From an uncultured Gammaproteobacteria bacterium (lineage in GTDB: Bacteria; Patescibacteriota; Microgenomatia; Levybacterales; UBA12049): a stretch of DNA of 64,000 bases. The notes below the pieces were generated by a model. It was not told the DNA's origin, did no database searches, and saw nothing but the letters and a program-made list of their open reading frames with translations. Within the stretch, counting starts at the first letter, position 1. The number at the start of each line of letters is the position of its first letter. The stretch is taken from NCBI GenBank assembly GCA_964391315.1, contig CAYMJR010000001.1:5949-69948 (forward strand), given 5' to 3'. Shown here piece by piece: positions 62,865 through 64,000 of the stretch. The position numbers were made by a program, and so were the translations under genes.

Positions 62865-63131
62865 TTATAGCATCATGCGATGTTGCTGACTTTTAAATTC
62901 TTCTATATGAGCCGGTTTTCCGAAAATTCCCATTGGCCGTTCACGCCATATATCTTCTTCTTTATATTTCAACGTATATATATGAAGTAATACCCATCCA
63001 TCTGAGAATAGCTTGTTCACAGCTTCACGATTTTTTGCTTCAAGACTTTCTCCAGCCACTTGCTCAATTTCAAGTTCCCAAAGAAAGATCCGTTCTAATT
63101 CATGTTGGTCAAATTCATCTTGGTCCACACA
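62865..63131 (-). CDS. small acidic hypothetical protein
   Basis: Track ORF 62865..63164 begins with TTG. The in-frame GTG at 63131 lies 7 nt after TAAGAT (63139..63144, minus). No family recognised. Confidence 0.4.
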   Translation of the reverse strand, partial: CVDQDEFDQHELERIFLWELEIEQVAGESLEAKNREAVNKLFSDGWVLLHIYTLKYKEEDIWRERPMGIFGKPAHIEEFKSQQHRMML

Positions 63132-63193
63132 ACCTATCTTAAAAATGAGGGGTAAAAACAACAAAAAATCTGGGTAAGAATTACAAAAGAAAC

Positions 63194-63868
63194 CTACTGA
63201 CCAAACCTTCTTTTTCTTGTATCAAAATCTTCAAGTGCTTTCTCAAATTCTTTTTCTGTAAAATCTGGCCAATACACTTTTGGAAAATATAACTCACTAT
63301 ATTCGGATTGCCAGAGGAGAAAACCGCTCAGCCGTTGTTCTCCACCTGTTCGAATAATAAGATCCGGATCTGGCTGACTAGCAGTGTAAAGAAATGAAGA
63401 AAATGTTTCTTCATCAACATTTTTTTGTTTCGACTCAACCACGCTATTAACTGCCTGTAAAATTTCTTCTCTTCCTCCATAATTAAGACCAATATTAATT
63501 GTTATTGCTGTGTTATTTTTTGTTAATTCTATTAATTGTTTTATTTTTTCAGCGATATCCTGAGGAAATGCATTGATATCTCCAAGAACATTTATCTTCA
63601 CATTATTTTTATGTAAACGCTTTATCAGTGATCCATGAAATAATTTTCTAAAAATTTGTAACAAAACTGCTACCTCTTTTTTGTCCCGGTTCCAGTTTTC
63701 TGTTGAAAACGCCCAAAACGTCAGATAAGCAATCTTTTGTTTGATAGCATAGGCAATGAGAGGTTCTATCACCTGATATCCTTTTGTATGACCTGCGAGG
63801 ATAGGAAGATGCCGCTCTTTTGCCCATCGTCTATTACCATCCATGATAAATGCTACGTGTTGAATCAT
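63194..63868 (-). CDS. uppS: isoprenyl transferase (undecaprenyl diphosphate synthase)
   Basis: HVAFIMDGNRRWA, and RTGGEQRLSGFLLWQSEYSELYF. ATG 63868 is preferred over the track TTG at 63889. Confidence 0.95.
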   Translation of the reverse strand: MIQHVAFIMDGNRRWAKERHLPILAGHTKGYQVIEPLIAYAIKQKIAYLTFWAFSTENWNRDKKEVAVLLQIFRKLFHGSLIKRLHKNNVKINVLGDINAFPQDIAEKIKQLIELTKNNTAITINIGLNYGGREEILQAVNSVVESKQKNVDEETFSSFLYTASQPDPDLIIRTGGEQRLSGFLLWQSEYSELYFPKVYWPDFTEKEFEKALEDFDTRKRRFGQ

Positions 63869-63879
63869 ATGCGAGTTGT

Positions 63880-63940
63880 AAGTCTTCAAGTCGAAAGTCC
63901 AAAGTGCTTTATAATTTGATGACTTTTGACTTTATGACTT
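63880..63940. repeat. 61-nt imperfect inverted repeat built from six AAGTC/GACTT pentamers
   Basis: Arm A 63880..63899 is AAGTCttcAAGTCgaAAGTC. Arm B 63921..63940 is GACTTttGACTTtatGACTT. 17 of 20 positions are complementary, with a 21-nt loop. Confidence 0.7.
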
Positions 63941-64000
63941 AATAATTTTGTTTCTTCAACACACCAAGGTGAATAATTGTCAGGATTTTTTTTCACTTCC
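63886..64000 (-). CDS. 3' end of a gene continuing beyond the window edge (unknown product)
   Basis: The minus-strand frame is open from the window edge to TGA at 63886..63888: ...EVKKNPDNYSPWCVEETKLLSHKVKSHQIIKHFGLST*. Too short to classify. Confidence 0.3.
   Translation of the reverse strand, partial: EVKKNPDNYSPWCVEETKLLSHKVKSHQIIKHFGLST

Noticed and set aside
1-64000. Looked for CRISPR arrays, tRNA/rRNA genes, IS elements, integrases and prophage genes.
   Set aside because: No spaced direct-repeat array, no cloverleaf-compatible intergenic segment, no rRNA-like conserved stretches, and no transposase, integrase or phage-like ORFs were found among the translations.
1-64000. Alternative genetic code (UGA recoding, as in some candidate phyla).
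   Set aside because: Long ORFs are intact under the standard code, and TGA serves as a genuine stop (for example uspA at 7829..7831 and the edge ORF at 63886..63888).

Overview
AT-rich (by eye about 38-42% GC), very gene-dense bacterial chromosomal segment with about 85 protein genes. I found no rRNA, tRNA, CRISPR array, transposase or integrase. It reads cleanly with the standard code: TGA is used as a stop and there are no in-frame interruptions. Contents: (1) Two sensor histidine kinases with three stand-alone receiver proteins. (2) An unusually dense set of stress and redox genes: UspA, GlsB/YeaQ, YtxH, two DUF1269/YflT-like paralogs, a KGG-repeat protein, PNPOx-like protein, Bcp, two MsrB, DipZ, CsoR with a metal-binding DUF4396 protein, NDH-2, quinone oxidoreductase and DoxX. 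(3) A sugar-phosphate block: fused transketolase, glycerate kinase, split transketolase, FAD oxidase, HAD hydrolase, class I FBP aldolase, PfkB kinase and a debranching-type glucosidase. (4) Envelope genes: PBP1A, UppS, a GH18-like protein and an ICMT-family methyltransferase. (5) About ten hydrophilic orphan proteins with no domain I can recognise. The orphans include a co-directional pair of 502 aa and 636 aa separated by a 49-aa membrane peptide. Genes 26506..42370 form one 16-kb run of about 20 co-directional minus-strand genes. The most general signal I see is architectural. Many start codons lie 5-9 nt downstream of TATAAT-like boxes, often extended as TGn, which implies leaderless mRNAs. 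A minority of genes, mostly small stress proteins, carry canonical GGAGG Shine-Dalgarno sites. Other sequence-level observations: a CsoR-type G/C-tract palindrome over the csoR promoter; a truncated HKD (phospholipase D family) remnant; a compact candidate gene for a 28-aa Gly/Arg/Pro peptide; a 359-nt GC-enriched non-coding gap upstream of pfkB; and a 61-nt inverted array of AAGTC pentamers at the uppS start. Taxonomic origin cannot be established from the sequence alone. The gene content (split transketolase, class I aldolase, PT-rich linkers, many orphans) is compatible with an uncultivated low-GC lineage such as Patescibacteria/CPR, but that is inference. All functional calls are from motif recognition by eye; no database search was run.
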